A stretch of 64,000 nucleotides of DNA from Bdellovibrionales bacterium (lineage in GTDB: Bacteria; Bdellovibrionota; UBA1018). The translations under genes were made by a program, and so were the position numbers. The notes under the pieces were generated by a model. It saw only the letters and a program-made list of their open reading frames with translations. It had not been told where the DNA came from and ran no database searches. The DNA lies in the NCBI GenBank assembly GCA_018266355.1, contig JAFEAP010000029.1, forward strand, positions 14,305 to 78,304, read 5' to 3'. The first letter of the stretch is position 1. Each line of letters begins with the position of its first letter. Shown here one piece after another: positions 26,287-39,258 of the stretch.

Positions 26287-26376
26287 TGGCGGAGAGGGTG
26301 AGATTCGAACTCACGGTAGGATCGCTCCTACGCCGGTTTTCAAAACCGGTGCCTTAAACCACTCGGCCACCTCTCC
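26287..26376 (-). tRNA. tRNA-Ser (anticodon UGA), class II with long variable arm
   Basis: Reverse complement reads GGAGAGGTGGCCGAGTGGTTTAAGGCACCGGTTTTGAAAACCGG...GTTCGAATCTCACCCTCTCCGCCA. D-loop GAGTGGTT; anticodon loop TT-TGA-AA; T-loop GTTCGAATC; CCA encoded; 90 nt. Confidence 0.85.
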
Positions 26377-26398
26377 GTATTCCACGGACGCGAACGAC

Positions 26399-27808
<1,410 letters not shown>

Positions 27809-27925
27809 TTAGTTACCGGAAATGACGAGGTTTTCCCGGGCTGTCTAGGACTTGGACGATCCTTCCGCCTCCGCCGCCTCTATAATAGAGGGCGGCGGTG
27901 GTCGGGCGATTGCATTACCCCCGGT

Positions 27926-28387
27926 ATGGCCTACCGTTACTTCCTCGTCGGCGTGTTTTCGATCCTCGCTCTCGCTAGCTTCGCGGAGAACCCGAAGTGG
28001 GCCTATATTTTCGACGACGAGCTCGTGGCTCATTCCATTGCCGAGTTCGCGGCCCGAAAAGACGTCGCCGAAGTCGTGCCTCGCGGTCAGATCGCCGATC
28101 CCCACGCGATGATCCTCGAGAAGCCGATGGCCGCGACCTTTCCGATGCTTTCCCCGACCGTCTCCGGAGGCCTTTCGCGCAAATACCTGCGCATCGCCTG
28201 CGACACCGAGCTCCCGATCCGCCGCAACCGCCACGGCGAGCCGAAAACCGATCGTCACGGCAATCCTAAAACCGACCGGATCACCTCCGTCTCGGGCGAC
28301 TTCGAATCCGACGTCGTCGAGACGCTCCACCTCCTCAGCGGCGAGGCGATCGAAGTCGGTAAGCGCATCTTTTTCTGCGATCCGTAA
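27926..28387 (+). CDS. Hypothetical small secreted protein
   Basis: Signal-peptide-like N-terminus MAYRYFLVGVFSILALASFA; 153 aa; short internal repeat GEPKTDRHGNPKTDR. No recognised domain. Confidence 0.45.
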   Translation: MAYRYFLVGVFSILALASFAENPKWAYIFDDELVAHSIAEFAARKDVAEVVPRGQIADPHAMILEKPMAATFPMLSPTVSGGLSRKYLRIACDTELPIRRNRHGEPKTDRHGNPKTDRITSVSGDFESDVVETLHLLSGEAIEVGKRIFFCDP

Positions 28388-28400
28388 GCCACGAACCTCT

Positions 28401-31400
28401 TTAGAGGTAGCGCTCGATATCGGCTTTGTCCGCGGCGTCCGGCTCCATCTGAAGGTATTTCTGGAACGCTCCGCGCGCGGCGATCAAGTCGCCCATGTCC
28501 CGGTAGCACTCGCCCATGCGCTTGTAGAGGATCGGATTCCCGGCGTCGAGCTGGATCGCGGCCTGGAAGAGCGCGATCGCGCCGGCGTAGTTCTTCATCC
28601 GATGGTTCGCGATCGCCGCGTTCATCTTCGCCTCGGAATTGTTCGGCTGTAGTCCCATCGCTTTCGCGAGCGGGACGAGCGCGCCCTTCGCGTCGCCGAG
28701 CTCGATCTTGGCTTTACCGAGCGCGATCAGCGACGGAACGGAAAGGTCGTTGTTCGCGAGCTCGGTTCCGTATTCCTCGGCGGCGAGCTTGTAGTTCCCC
28801 ATGTTCGTGTACATGAGGCCCTTGTAGTAGTGGAGATTCGGATATTTCGGATAGATCGCGTAGATGCGCTCAAGCTCCGCTTGGGCCTTTTCGAACTGGG
28901 CCTTCTTCATGAAAATCTGGTAGCGTGAAAGATAACCCGAAGGATCCGAGGAGTTCCGATCGGAATAGCTCTTGAATGCGTCGAGCGCTTTATCGAGCGC
29001 TTTCTTGTCCGTATTTTCGTCGTTCAGGTAGATCTGGGCCTGGAGCTTCCACGGATAGGCGTATTCCGGGTTCGCCTGCCGGGACTGCTCGACGTACTGC
29101 TCGGCTTCCTTCCACTGGCCTTTCTTGATCTCGAGTTCGGCGATCGCGGCGAGCAGCTCCGCGCGCGCGAACGATCCCTTCTGGAGTTCACCCTCGAGGT
29201 ATTCGATCCCCGAGTCCGGCCCTTCGACTTCGGCGGCGGCTTTCGCGGTTTGGATCACCGGCTCCGGATTGAGTGGATCGAAGCGACGCGCGAGGGCGAA
29301 GAAAAACGGCGCGTCCTTGTAACTTTTCACCGCCATCAGGATCTTCCCGTACGCGATGTAGACGTCGGGGTCGATCGACTCCCGGCTCATGGCCTTTTTG
29401 TAGAACGCGGCCGCCTCGACGTAGCGGTTTTGTTTCGCGTACATGTCCCCGGCCGCCTTGTCGATCGAGGACTGGCTCACGGGGAGTTTCCGGAACTTAT
29501 CCATCGCCTTTTGGGCCTCGTCCCACTCGTAGCTTTGGATCAAGACGGAGATGTACTTCGACCAAACCTCGATCGAATTCGGTTCGAGCTCGGCCGCCTT
29601 CTGATAATTCAGCCGGGCGTTCACCATGTCGTTCAGCTGGACGAACATATCGCCGATCTTCACGAGCGGCTCGGCGGATTTCGGGTTCTCCGCGCGCGCG
29701 TCGAGGAACTTCGCGAGTGCGTCGTTCACGAGGCCTTCCTTGAGTTTCTTCTCGCCTTCGCCGAGGTTCAGGTACATCCGCGCGATCGCTTTCGCCCGGG
29801 AACTGCTCCCGTTTTCACGGGCCTGGAGCGTGTAATATTCGAGGATGTAGTCCCGGTTCGTGCGATCGAGTTTCAGCGCGCGCTCGATCGCGATGAGCGC
29901 GCCTTCGGAATTTTGGTTCACCGAGAAAAGCTGCGAATAGAGGTAATACGCCTGGGCGAGGTCCTTCGGGGAAAGCGCATCGGGGAATTTCAGGATCGTG
30001 TTCAGATCCTCGGCGGAGCTCTTGACGTTCCCTCCTTTCCACGCGACGTATACCCGGCGAAGCCGAGACTTCGCATGCTCCTTCCACTTCAGGAGGGCCT
30101 TGTCGTACTGCGCGGTCGCGGCGCCCGTGTCCCCGAGCGCCTCCGCGATCCGGCCGCGGACGTAGAAGATCCGCGGGCTCCATGCCTGGTTGTCCTGGAA
30201 GCTCTGGACGTAAGGCGAAGCGCTCTTCGCGTCCCCTTTCGCGAGGAAGGCTTCCGCGATGTAGAGGTAAAGCGAAGGATCGAGGGTCTTCATCCCTTTC
30301 GTGTAATTCACGATTCGCTGGATCGCGGCGTCCGGCCGGCCGGTCACGGTGAGGAATTCCGACTCCGCGATGATCAGCTCGGGGAGATCGATTCCCTTCG
30401 CCTTCGCGGAATCGAGGAGCTGCGAGATGACGGAAAAGAACGTTTCGTCCTTCGTCGAAGTGTCGATGAGATTCACGTACGCGCTCGCGAGCATCGCGTA
30501 GGCTTTCAGGTTCTCGGGATCGGCCGTGACCGCGTTGCTGAAGTGGATGGCGGCGGCTTTGTAGCCCGGAACGTGATCGAAGGAGTAGGCGAAGATCCCC
30601 TTCTTGTACTCTTTTTCGCTGTACGCCGAGTCGACCTTTCCGGGGTTCGGCCGCGGAAGCGTCGGGCGAAAGGATTCGGACTTTTTCAGGATGTTTCCCG
30701 CGACGTCCGTCGTCTCCTTCATGAACGTGTCGTAGCCGAAATAGCCGAGCGCGGCGGCGATGAGTACGATTCGGACGAGTTCCTTGCCCTTCGGAATCCG
30801 TCGCTTCTTCTTCGCCGGCTCGAGTCCGGGACGATAGAGCGCGACGGTCACTTCCTGCACCCGCTTTTTGAAACCCGGATCGGAAAGGGGGTCGGGCAGC
30901 ATCGGTTCGGCGTGCGAATCGACCTCGACGAGCGGGTGGGACCCCTTCACTTCGACGAGCTCGGTCCCGTCCTCGATCGTCAGCGATTCCGGCGGCGGTT
31001 CGGTGGAAAGCGCCGTCGCGGTTCCTCCGGAGTCGGCCGCTTCCGCGCGCATCGGGTTCGGTCCGCGCGGATCCATCATCGTCGGCTCGTCGTCCTCGTC
31101 GGCGACCCGCGTCCGATCGGGATCCGCCGGCCGAATCGCGGCTTTCGGCTGTTGGACGCGGACCTGCGCGCGGTGCTCGACGGTGAGACTCGTCTTCGAC
31201 TCGATTTCGGCGGGCTCCGCCGGAACCGGAGCCGAGGGGAGGACGACGGTCGGCGCGAACTGTTCCCGGGTCGGACTCAGGATCGGGCGATAACTACTCT
31301 GCTCGCTTTTGAGCGCTCCGCTCCCTTCGGTCAATTTTCCCGACGCGTTCAAATAAAGCAGCTCGGCGAGTTCCGGCAGCCGATTGATGTCCTGCCAGAT

Positions 31401-31538
31401 CCCGTTCGGATACTCCTTCGCGAGCTCGACGCCGGTGATTTGGTTTTTCAGGATGAGCTTTTTTATCCGCTCGAGATCGAGCGGCCCTAAGATGCGACCG
31501 GTGTGGTGCTTCACCTTAAAGAGCGGGCCTGAATGCAC
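28401..31538 (-). CDS. Large TPR-repeat protein with N-terminal DUF4339/GYF-like domain, Pro-rich linker and one TM segment
   Basis: 1045 aa. N-terminus ...GPLDLERIKKLILKNQITGVELAKEYPNGIWQDINRLPEL. Pro/Glu-rich region. TM helix LVRIVLIAAALGYFGY. More than 15 TPR-like repeats (A..Y...G.....A...Y.KAL.L.P). Confidence 0.8.
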   Translation of the reverse strand: MHSGPLFKVKHHTGRILGPLDLERIKKLILKNQITGVELAKEYPNGIWQDINRLPELAELLYLNASGKLTEGSGALKSEQSSYRPILSPTREQFAPTVVLPSAPVPAEPAEIESKTSLTVEHRAQVRVQQPKAAIRPADPDRTRVADEDDEPTMMDPRGPNPMRAEAADSGGTATALSTEPPPESLTIEDGTELVEVKGSHPLVEVDSHAEPMLPDPLSDPGFKKRVQEVTVALYRPGLEPAKKKRRIPKGKELVRIVLIAAALGYFGYDTFMKETTDVAGNILKKSESFRPTLPRPNPGKVDSAYSEKEYKKGIFAYSFDHVPGYKAAAIHFSNAVTADPENLKAYAMLASAYVNLIDTSTKDETFFSVISQLLDSAKAKGIDLPELIIAESEFLTVTGRPDAAIQRIVNYTKGMKTLDPSLYLYIAEAFLAKGDAKSASPYVQSFQDNQAWSPRIFYVRGRIAEALGDTGAATAQYDKALLKWKEHAKSRLRRVYVAWKGGNVKSSAEDLNTILKFPDALSPKDLAQAYYLYSQLFSVNQNSEGALIAIERALKLDRTNRDYILEYYTLQARENGSSSRAKAIARMYLNLGEGEKKLKEGLVNDALAKFLDARAENPKSAEPLVKIGDMFVQLNDMVNARLNYQKAAELEPNSIEVWSKYISVLIQSYEWDEAQKAMDKFRKLPVSQSSIDKAAGDMYAKQNRYVEAAAFYKKAMSRESIDPDVYIAYGKILMAVKSYKDAPFFFALARRFDPLNPEPVIQTAKAAAEVEGPDSGIEYLEGELQKGSFARAELLAAIAELEIKKGQWKEAEQYVEQSRQANPEYAYPWKLQAQIYLNDENTDKKALDKALDAFKSYSDRNSSDPSGYLSRYQIFMKKAQFEKAQAELERIYAIYPKYPNLHYYKGLMYTNMGNYKLAAEEYGTELANNDLSVPSLIALGKAKIELGDAKGALVPLAKAMGLQPNNSEAKMNAAIANHRMKNYAGAIALFQAAIQLDAGNPILYKRMGECYRDMGDLIAARGAFQKYLQMEPDAADKADIERYL

Positions 31539-31710
31539 ATTCCCATTTTACCAGAAAAGACGCGCGGGAAGGCGAGAGAGATCATGGGCCTACGCCCCTT
31601 CCTGGCTCCAAACCGGCAAATCCTGCCTACTCTAGATCAATCCTAGAACAGCTCACACCCCTACGGTCGGGCGAAGCCCGCCCATCCGGGCCGTGAGCCT
31701 ACTTGCGGAC

Positions 31711-33222
31711 TTAGAGCTTCGCGACCACTCGCTTCGTGATCGCCATCATTTTCGCCGGGAGGATCCCGATCTGCAGGGTCATCGCGACCATCATCGCCAC
31801 CGCGAACGCCGCCGCGGCCGGGGTGAAATCCTTCGCGGAGGGGGTGTCGGCTTGGGGCTCCCGCATGTACATGTACACGAGGACGCGGAGGTAATAGTAA
31901 ACCGCGATCGCGCTGCAGAGAACCGCGAGCACGACGAGCCAGACTTCCTTCGCTTGGATCGCGGAATAAAGAAGGTAGTACTTCGACGCGAACCCGGCGG
32001 TCGGCGGAATGCCGGCGAGCGAGAAGAGGAATATCGCGAGCGAGAACGCGAGCCACGGGTGGCGTTTTCCGAGACCGGAAAGGTCGTGGAGATTCAAACC
32101 CGTGTCCCCGCGTCCGGCGAGGACGGAAAGAACGGCGAAGGCCCCGAGGTTCATCACCGTGTAGACGGCGAGGTACATCGCGACCGGGGCGAATCCCGAT
32201 TCCGCGTGCGGCGCCGCGATCATCCCGACGAGGAGGTAGCCCGTGTGCGCGATCGTCGAATAAGCGAGCATGCGTTTCAGATTCGTCTGGGTGAGCGCGA
32301 TCACGTTTCCGATGAACATCGTCGCGACGGCGAGCACCCAAAGCACGTCGTGCAGCCGTCCTTCGACGGCGCTCGTGAGGTCCTTCCCGTAACCGAATGC
32401 GACGAAGACGCGGATGAACGCGGCGAAAGCGGCCGCCTTCACTCCGGTCGTCATGAAGCCCGTGATCGGCGTCGGCGCGCCTTCGTAGACGTCGGGCAGC
32501 CACATATGGAACGGCACCGACGCGATCTTGAAGAGGAAGCCCGCGAGCACCATCCAAGCGCCGAGGTGGAAGACCGGGGTCATCAGGTCGCCCTTCGCGG
32601 AAATCCGGGCGAGGATCTCGGTGATGACGAAGGTTCCCGTGGAACCGTAGAGAAGCGCGGAACCGTAGAGAAGGATCGCCGACGCGGCCGCGCCGAGGAT
32701 GAAGTACTTCATCGCGGCTTCGTTCGAACGGCGGTCGTTCCGACGGAAGCCGACGAGCACGTACACGGAGAGGGACATGATCTCGAGCGCGATGAAGATC
32801 GTGATCAGATCGAGGGCCGAAGCCATGAGCATCATTCCGATCGTCGAGAAGAGGAGGAGGATCGTGTATTCCGGGTATTGGAGCTTCTCTTTATCGAGGT
32901 ATTTCAGCGAAGCGCAGAGCGAAAGCGCCGCGGTGCCGAGGAAAAGCACGTTGAAGAAGGCCGAAAACCCGTCGGCGACCATCATTCCGCCGAAGAGATC
33001 CGCGCGATCCATCCCGATCTGATTCGCGGAAACGAAGAGTCCGCCGAGGATCCCGACCATCGCGACGGCGAACACCGTCCATTTCGACGGCAAGAACCGG
33101 ATCACTCCGACGATCATCGCGAGCAGAGCCGCTCCGATCATCCAGAAGTAAGGCCCGAGAAGCGCGAGCTGATCCCCGCTCAGGGTGAGGAAACTCGGAT
33201 CGATGACGTTGAGCTTGTCCAT
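31711..33222 (-). CDS. nuoN: NADH-quinone oxidoreductase subunit N
   Basis: 503-aa antiporter-like subunit; last gene of the canonical nuo operon; family-typical TM pattern. Confidence 0.9.
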   Translation of the reverse strand: MDKLNVIDPSFLTLSGDQLALLGPYFWMIGAALLAMIVGVIRFLPSKWTVFAVAMVGILGGLFVSANQIGMDRADLFGGMMVADGFSAFFNVLFLGTAALSLCASLKYLDKEKLQYPEYTILLLFSTIGMMLMASALDLITIFIALEIMSLSVYVLVGFRRNDRRSNEAAMKYFILGAAASAILLYGSALLYGSTGTFVITEILARISAKGDLMTPVFHLGAWMVLAGFLFKIASVPFHMWLPDVYEGAPTPITGFMTTGVKAAAFAAFIRVFVAFGYGKDLTSAVEGRLHDVLWVLAVATMFIGNVIALTQTNLKRMLAYSTIAHTGYLLVGMIAAPHAESGFAPVAMYLAVYTVMNLGAFAVLSVLAGRGDTGLNLHDLSGLGKRHPWLAFSLAIFLFSLAGIPPTAGFASKYYLLYSAIQAKEVWLVVLAVLCSAIAVYYYLRVLVYMYMREPQADTPSAKDFTPAAAAFAVAMMVAMTLQIGILPAKMMAITKRVVAKL

Positions 33223-33225
33223 GGG

Positions 33226-34760
33226 TTACTTCCCGTCTTTCCGGATCGCGGTTTGGGCGACCATTTCGACTTTTCCGGTCCGCTCGAGGAGCTTCGCGAC
33301 CGAGGTTTCCATCTTCTCGAAGAAGAAATTCGGAACCACGCCCATCACGATCATCGCGACGAGGAGCGGGGTGAGGACGCAGGCTTCGCGGAGCGATAGG
33401 TCCTTGAGTTTCTTGTTCTCCGGATTCGTGAGCGGGCCGAACATCACGCGCTGGAACATCCAGAGCATGTAGACCGCGCCGAAGATCACGCCCGTCGTGG
33501 CAAGGACCGCGAGGCCCGGGTTCGCCTTGAACGCGCCGAGGAGGATGAGGAACTCGCCGACGAATCCGTTCGTGCCCGGAAGCGCGACCGAGGAGAGCGT
33601 CGCGATCATGAAGGCCACCGCGAAGAGCGGCATCACCTTCGTGATTCCGCCGTACTCCTTGATTTCCTTCGTGTGCCGGCGCTCGTAGAGCATGCCGACC
33701 ATGAGGAAGAGCGCCGGAGTGGAAATCCCGTGGTTCAACATCTGGTAGACCGATCCGGTCGCGCCGATCGAATTCAGCGCGAAAAGGCCGATCACGACGT
33801 AACCCATGTGGGAAACCGACGAATAGGCGACGAGCTTTTTCATGTCGGGTTGGACCATGGCGACCCAGGCGCCGTAGACGATGGCGATCGAGCCGAGGAT
33901 CAGGAAGGTGTGCTGATACGTCGCGACCGCCTGTGGGAAGAGCGGGAACGCGAACCGGATGAAGCCGTAACCGCCCATCTTCAGGAGGACGCCGGCCAGG
34001 ATGACCGAACCCGCGGTCGGGGCCTGGACGTGGGCGTCCGGCAGCCAGGTGTGAAGCGGGAAGAGCGGCACCTTGATCGCGAACGCGAGGGCGAAGGCGA
34101 GGAAGAGGAGCCCTTGGGTCGAGAAATAACCCGCGCCGTCGAGCTTCACTTTGTAGAGGTCGAGGAGCGCGGTCGAGAAATTGCCGAATTGGAGTTTGTG
34201 CTGGTAGGCGAGGAAGAAGATCGCGACGAGCATGAGGAGCGATCCGACCATCGTGAAGATGAAGAACTTCATCGCGGCGTAGATGCGTTCCTTGCCGCCC
34301 CAGATGCCGATGAGGAAATACATCGGGATGAGCATCGCTTCCCAGAACACATAGAAAAGGAAGGTATCCATCGCGACGAACGCACCGGTCATCCCGGTTT
34401 GGAGCGCGAGGAGCAGCGTGTAGTAGCTTTTCTCGCGGTCTTCGACGCCTTGGTACGAGGAGAGGATGACGAGCGGAGAGAGGAAGGTCGTGAGGAGGAT
34501 CAGCCACATCGAGATGCCGTCCATCCCGAGCGAGTAATTCACTCCGAGGCCCGGGATCCACTCCGCGGATTCGAGGAATTGGAACTCGGCGCCTTGGGGA
34601 TCGTAGCCGGTATAGAGTTTCAGCGAGAGCAGGAAGACCACGATGGACCCGGCGAACGCCCAGTGCTTCACGGTCTTTTCCGGTAGAAGCGTGCCGACGG
34701 CCGCCCAGACGAGCGGCAGGAAGGTCAAACCGGTGAGCAGATGCGAATTAAACCATTCCA

Positions 34761-34764
<4 letters not shown>
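33226..34764 (-). CDS. nuoM: NADH-quinone oxidoreductase subunit M
   Basis: 512 aa; NuoM/ND4 family motifs (WLPDAHVQAPTAGSVILAGVLLKMGGYG). Confidence 0.9.
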
Positions 34765-36779
<2,015 letters not shown>

Positions 36780-36792
36780 GATCTCCCTATCC

Positions 36793-37113
36793 TCACTCTT
36801 TCAGCAGGCGGATCTCGTCGGTGTCGACGGTTTTGAGCGTACGGAACATCGCGATCAAAAGACCGAGGCCTACGGCGCTTTCCGCCGCGGCGACCACGAT
36901 GATGAAGAAGACGGCCATCTGGCCGCCCATGTCCGCGTGTTGGCGCGAGAAGGCGACGAACGAAAGATTTACCGCGTTCAGCATGATTTCGACGCTCATC
37001 AGGATGACGAGGATGTTTCGACGCATCATCACGCCGGCGAGGCCGATGAAGAAGATGATCGCGCAGAAGGACTGGACCAGCCAAGGCTCGACGCCGGGAT
37101 TGATCTCGTTCAT
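36793..37113 (-). CDS. nuoK: NADH-quinone oxidoreductase subunit K
   Basis: 106 aa from MNEINPG..., with three TM helices; GGAAGG RBS upstream. The ORF-track N-terminal extension to 37332 was rejected. Confidence 0.85.
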   Translation of the reverse strand: MNEINPGVEPWLVQSFCAIIFFIGLAGVMMRRNILVILMSVEIMLNAVNLSFVAFSRQHADMGGQMAVFFIIVVAAAESAVGLGLLIAMFRTLKTVDTDEIRLLKE

Positions 37114-37661
37114 TTCACACCTTCCTTCGGACTCGTCAGGTTTCGTTTCGCGATCGCCACCGCGCCGACGATGCCGGCGAGGAGGAGGATCGACGTGAGT
37201 TCGAACGGAAGCTCGTACTTCGAGAACATCAGCTGCGAGATTACTTTCGAATTTCCCCCGGCCGCGTCGACCGCGGTCGTCGAGAAGAGGCCCGGCATGA
37301 CGAGGCTGACTTCGCTTTTCTTGAACGCCCACACGAAGAACCCGAGGAGCGTGAGACAGAAGAGGCCCACGATCGCGCGCAAGACCGGGTGCGACCGGCC
37401 CATGTCGAACGACGGCTCGTCCGCGTTCAGGAGCATGATCACGAAGATGAAGAGGACCATGATCGCGCCGGCGTAGACGAGGATCTGGAGCGCGGCGAGC
37501 AGATGCGCTCCGAGGAGCGCGTAGATGCCCGCGAACGCGGCGAAAAGCAGGACGAGGCTGAAGGCGCTCGAAACCGGGTTTTTCTTGAATACGACCATCA
37601 GCGCGCAGCCGATGGCGATGCCCGCGAGGAGCGTGAACGTAACCGGGGAAACGTCGATCAT
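37110..37661 (-). CDS. nuoJ: NADH-quinone oxidoreductase subunit J
   Basis: 183 aa; ND6-like TM pattern; ATGA overlap with nuoK. Confidence 0.85.
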   Translation of the reverse strand: MIDVSPVTFTLLAGIAIGCALMVVFKKNPVSSAFSLVLLFAAFAGIYALLGAHLLAALQILVYAGAIMVLFIFVIMLLNADEPSFDMGRSHPVLRAIVGLFCLTLLGFFVWAFKKSEVSLVMPGLFSTTAVDAAGGNSKVISQLMFSKYELPFELTSILLLAGIVGAVAIAKRNLTSPKEGVK

Positions 37662-38101
37662 TTGTGCCCCCGTTGCTCGAGGAGGTAGTCCTTATCGTAG
37701 ACCTTCCGGGTCGAAAGGCTCATCTCGTAGATCTTCGAGAGCTTGATCGCGTCTTTCGGGCAAGCCTCTTCGCACATGCCGCAGAAGCAGCAGCGAAGCA
37801 CGTCGATGTCGAACTTCACCGGGTACTTTTCCTTATCCGGGCGTTCGCCAGCTTCGATGTGGATGCACTCGGCCGGGCAAACCGTCGGGCAGAGCATGCA
37901 CGCCGTGCAGTTTTCGACGCCGTTCGTGGCCTTGATATAGTGCATGCCGCGGTAGCGGTCCGAATAGTTCCGGCGTTCTTCCGGGTACTGGATGGTCACG
38001 TGCCGGACGAAGAGCATGTTCTTCATCGTGATCCAAAGACCCTTCAACACCTCTAAGATGTAGAGGTTTTGGAGGGCGGTAGTGTCGCGTTTAACGAGCA
38101 T
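37658..38101 (-). CDS. nuoI: NADH-quinone oxidoreductase subunit I (2x[4Fe-4S] ferredoxin)
   Basis: Two CxxCxxCxxxCP motifs (CTACMLCPTVCP; CCFCGMCEEACP); 147 aa. Confidence 0.9.
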   Translation of the reverse strand: MLVKRDTTALQNLYILEVLKGLWITMKNMLFVRHVTIQYPEERRNYSDRYRGMHYIKATNGVENCTACMLCPTVCPAECIHIEAGERPDKEKYPVKFDIDVLRCCFCGMCEEACPKDAIKLSKIYEMSLSTRKVYDKDYLLEQRGHK

Positions 38102-38139
38102 CGGTTACTCCGTAAAGAACCCAGGGTTCTTAAGTTAGA

Positions 38140-39258
38140 TCAAAGGACTTTCAGGTAGATCAGATATCCCGTCACGAAGATGTTCGCGAGCGAGAGCGGG
38201 AGGAGGACTTTCCACCCGAGGTTCATCAGTTGGTCGTAACGGAACCGCGGGATCGTCCAGCGGACCCAAACGAAGAGCCACATGAAGAACGCCGTCTTCA
38301 GCGTGAAGCACGCGGCTTCGAGCGCGACGCGCGTCCATTCGAAGGCGAGTCCCTGGAGTCCGTGGTTCGCCGCCGAGGCGAGCACGAGATCGAGACCAGG
38401 GAAAAGCTGCCAGCCCCCGAAATAGAGGGTCGCCGTCAGCGCCGAGGCCACCGTCATGTTGATGTATTCGGCCATCATAAATGCGCCGAACATCATCGAG
38501 TAATATTCGAGGTGGTAACCCGCGACGATTTCCGATTCGCCTTCCGGAAGGTCGAACGGCAGGCGGTTCGTCTCGGCGTAGGTGCAGGTGATGAAGATCA
38601 AGAACCCGATCGGCTGGAGGAAAATCCCCCACTTCGGGATCGCGAGCGGTCCGATATGGAAGAGCGCCGCTCCTTGGGCCGCGGCGATGTCGCCGAGTTT
38701 CAACGACCCGACGATCATCACGAGGCCGATGATCGAGAGGCCCATCGAAAGTTCGTACGAGATCATCTGGGCCGCCGAGCGGAGGCCGCCGAAGATCGCG
38801 TATTTGTTGTTCGAAGCCCAGCTGCCCATGATCACGCCGTAAACGGAGAGCGAGGTGATCGAGAGGATATAGAGGAGACCGACGTTCAAGTCGGCGATCT
38901 GAAACTCGACCGTCTTATCGCCGAGCGTGATGTGGCTCGCGAACGGGATCGCCGCGAACGTCATGAACGCCGGGATGAGCGAAACGAGCGGAGCGAGACG
39001 GAAGTAGAACGGATTCACGTGTCCCGTGACCCGATCCTCTTTGAACATCATCTTGATCGCGTCGACGAGCGACTGGAGCAGCCCGAACGGCCCGATGCGA
39101 TTCGGTCCGAGCCGGTTCTGCAGGAGCGCGGAGCCCCGGCGCTCGACCCACACCATGATCGGCACCACTTGGAGGAGCATGACGACGATCAGGGCGATCT
39201 TCAGCCCCATGGCGACGAGATCGAACGTATCGAATCCGGTAGTTACGGCTTCGTTCAT
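38140..39258 (-). CDS. nuoH: NADH-quinone oxidoreductase subunit H
   Basis: 372 aa; ND1 family motifs (LQNRLGPNRIGPFGLLQS; RLPFDLPEGESE). Confidence 0.9.
   Translation of the reverse strand: MNEAVTTGFDTFDLVAMGLKIALIVVMLLQVVPIMVWVERRGSALLQNRLGPNRIGPFGLLQSLVDAIKMMFKEDRVTGHVNPFYFRLAPLVSLIPAFMTFAAIPFASHITLGDKTVEFQIADLNVGLLYILSITSLSVYGVIMGSWASNNKYAIFGGLRSAAQMISYELSMGLSIIGLVMIVGSLKLGDIAAAQGAALFHIGPLAIPKWGIFLQPIGFLIFITCTYAETNRLPFDLPEGESEIVAGYHLEYYSMMFGAFMMAEYINMTVASALTATLYFGGWQLFPGLDLVLASAANHGLQGLAFEWTRVALEAACFTLKTAFFMWLFVWVRWTIPRFRYDQLMNLGWKVLLPLSLANIFVTGYLIYLKVL

Noticed and set aside
31655-31695. Small GC hairpin (gggcg-aagcc-cgccc) just downstream of the nuoN stop, a possible terminator
   Set aside because: Short stem, no U-tract on the transcribed strand; too weak to call a terminator with confidence.
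36793-37332. 179-aa version of nuoK, and similar extended versions of nuoC (to 44597) and of the second-cluster K, J, I, H, D, B and A homologues
   Set aside because: The canonical ~100-aa NuoK begins at MNEINPG with a GGAAGG RBS. The extensions overlap upstream genes in another frame.
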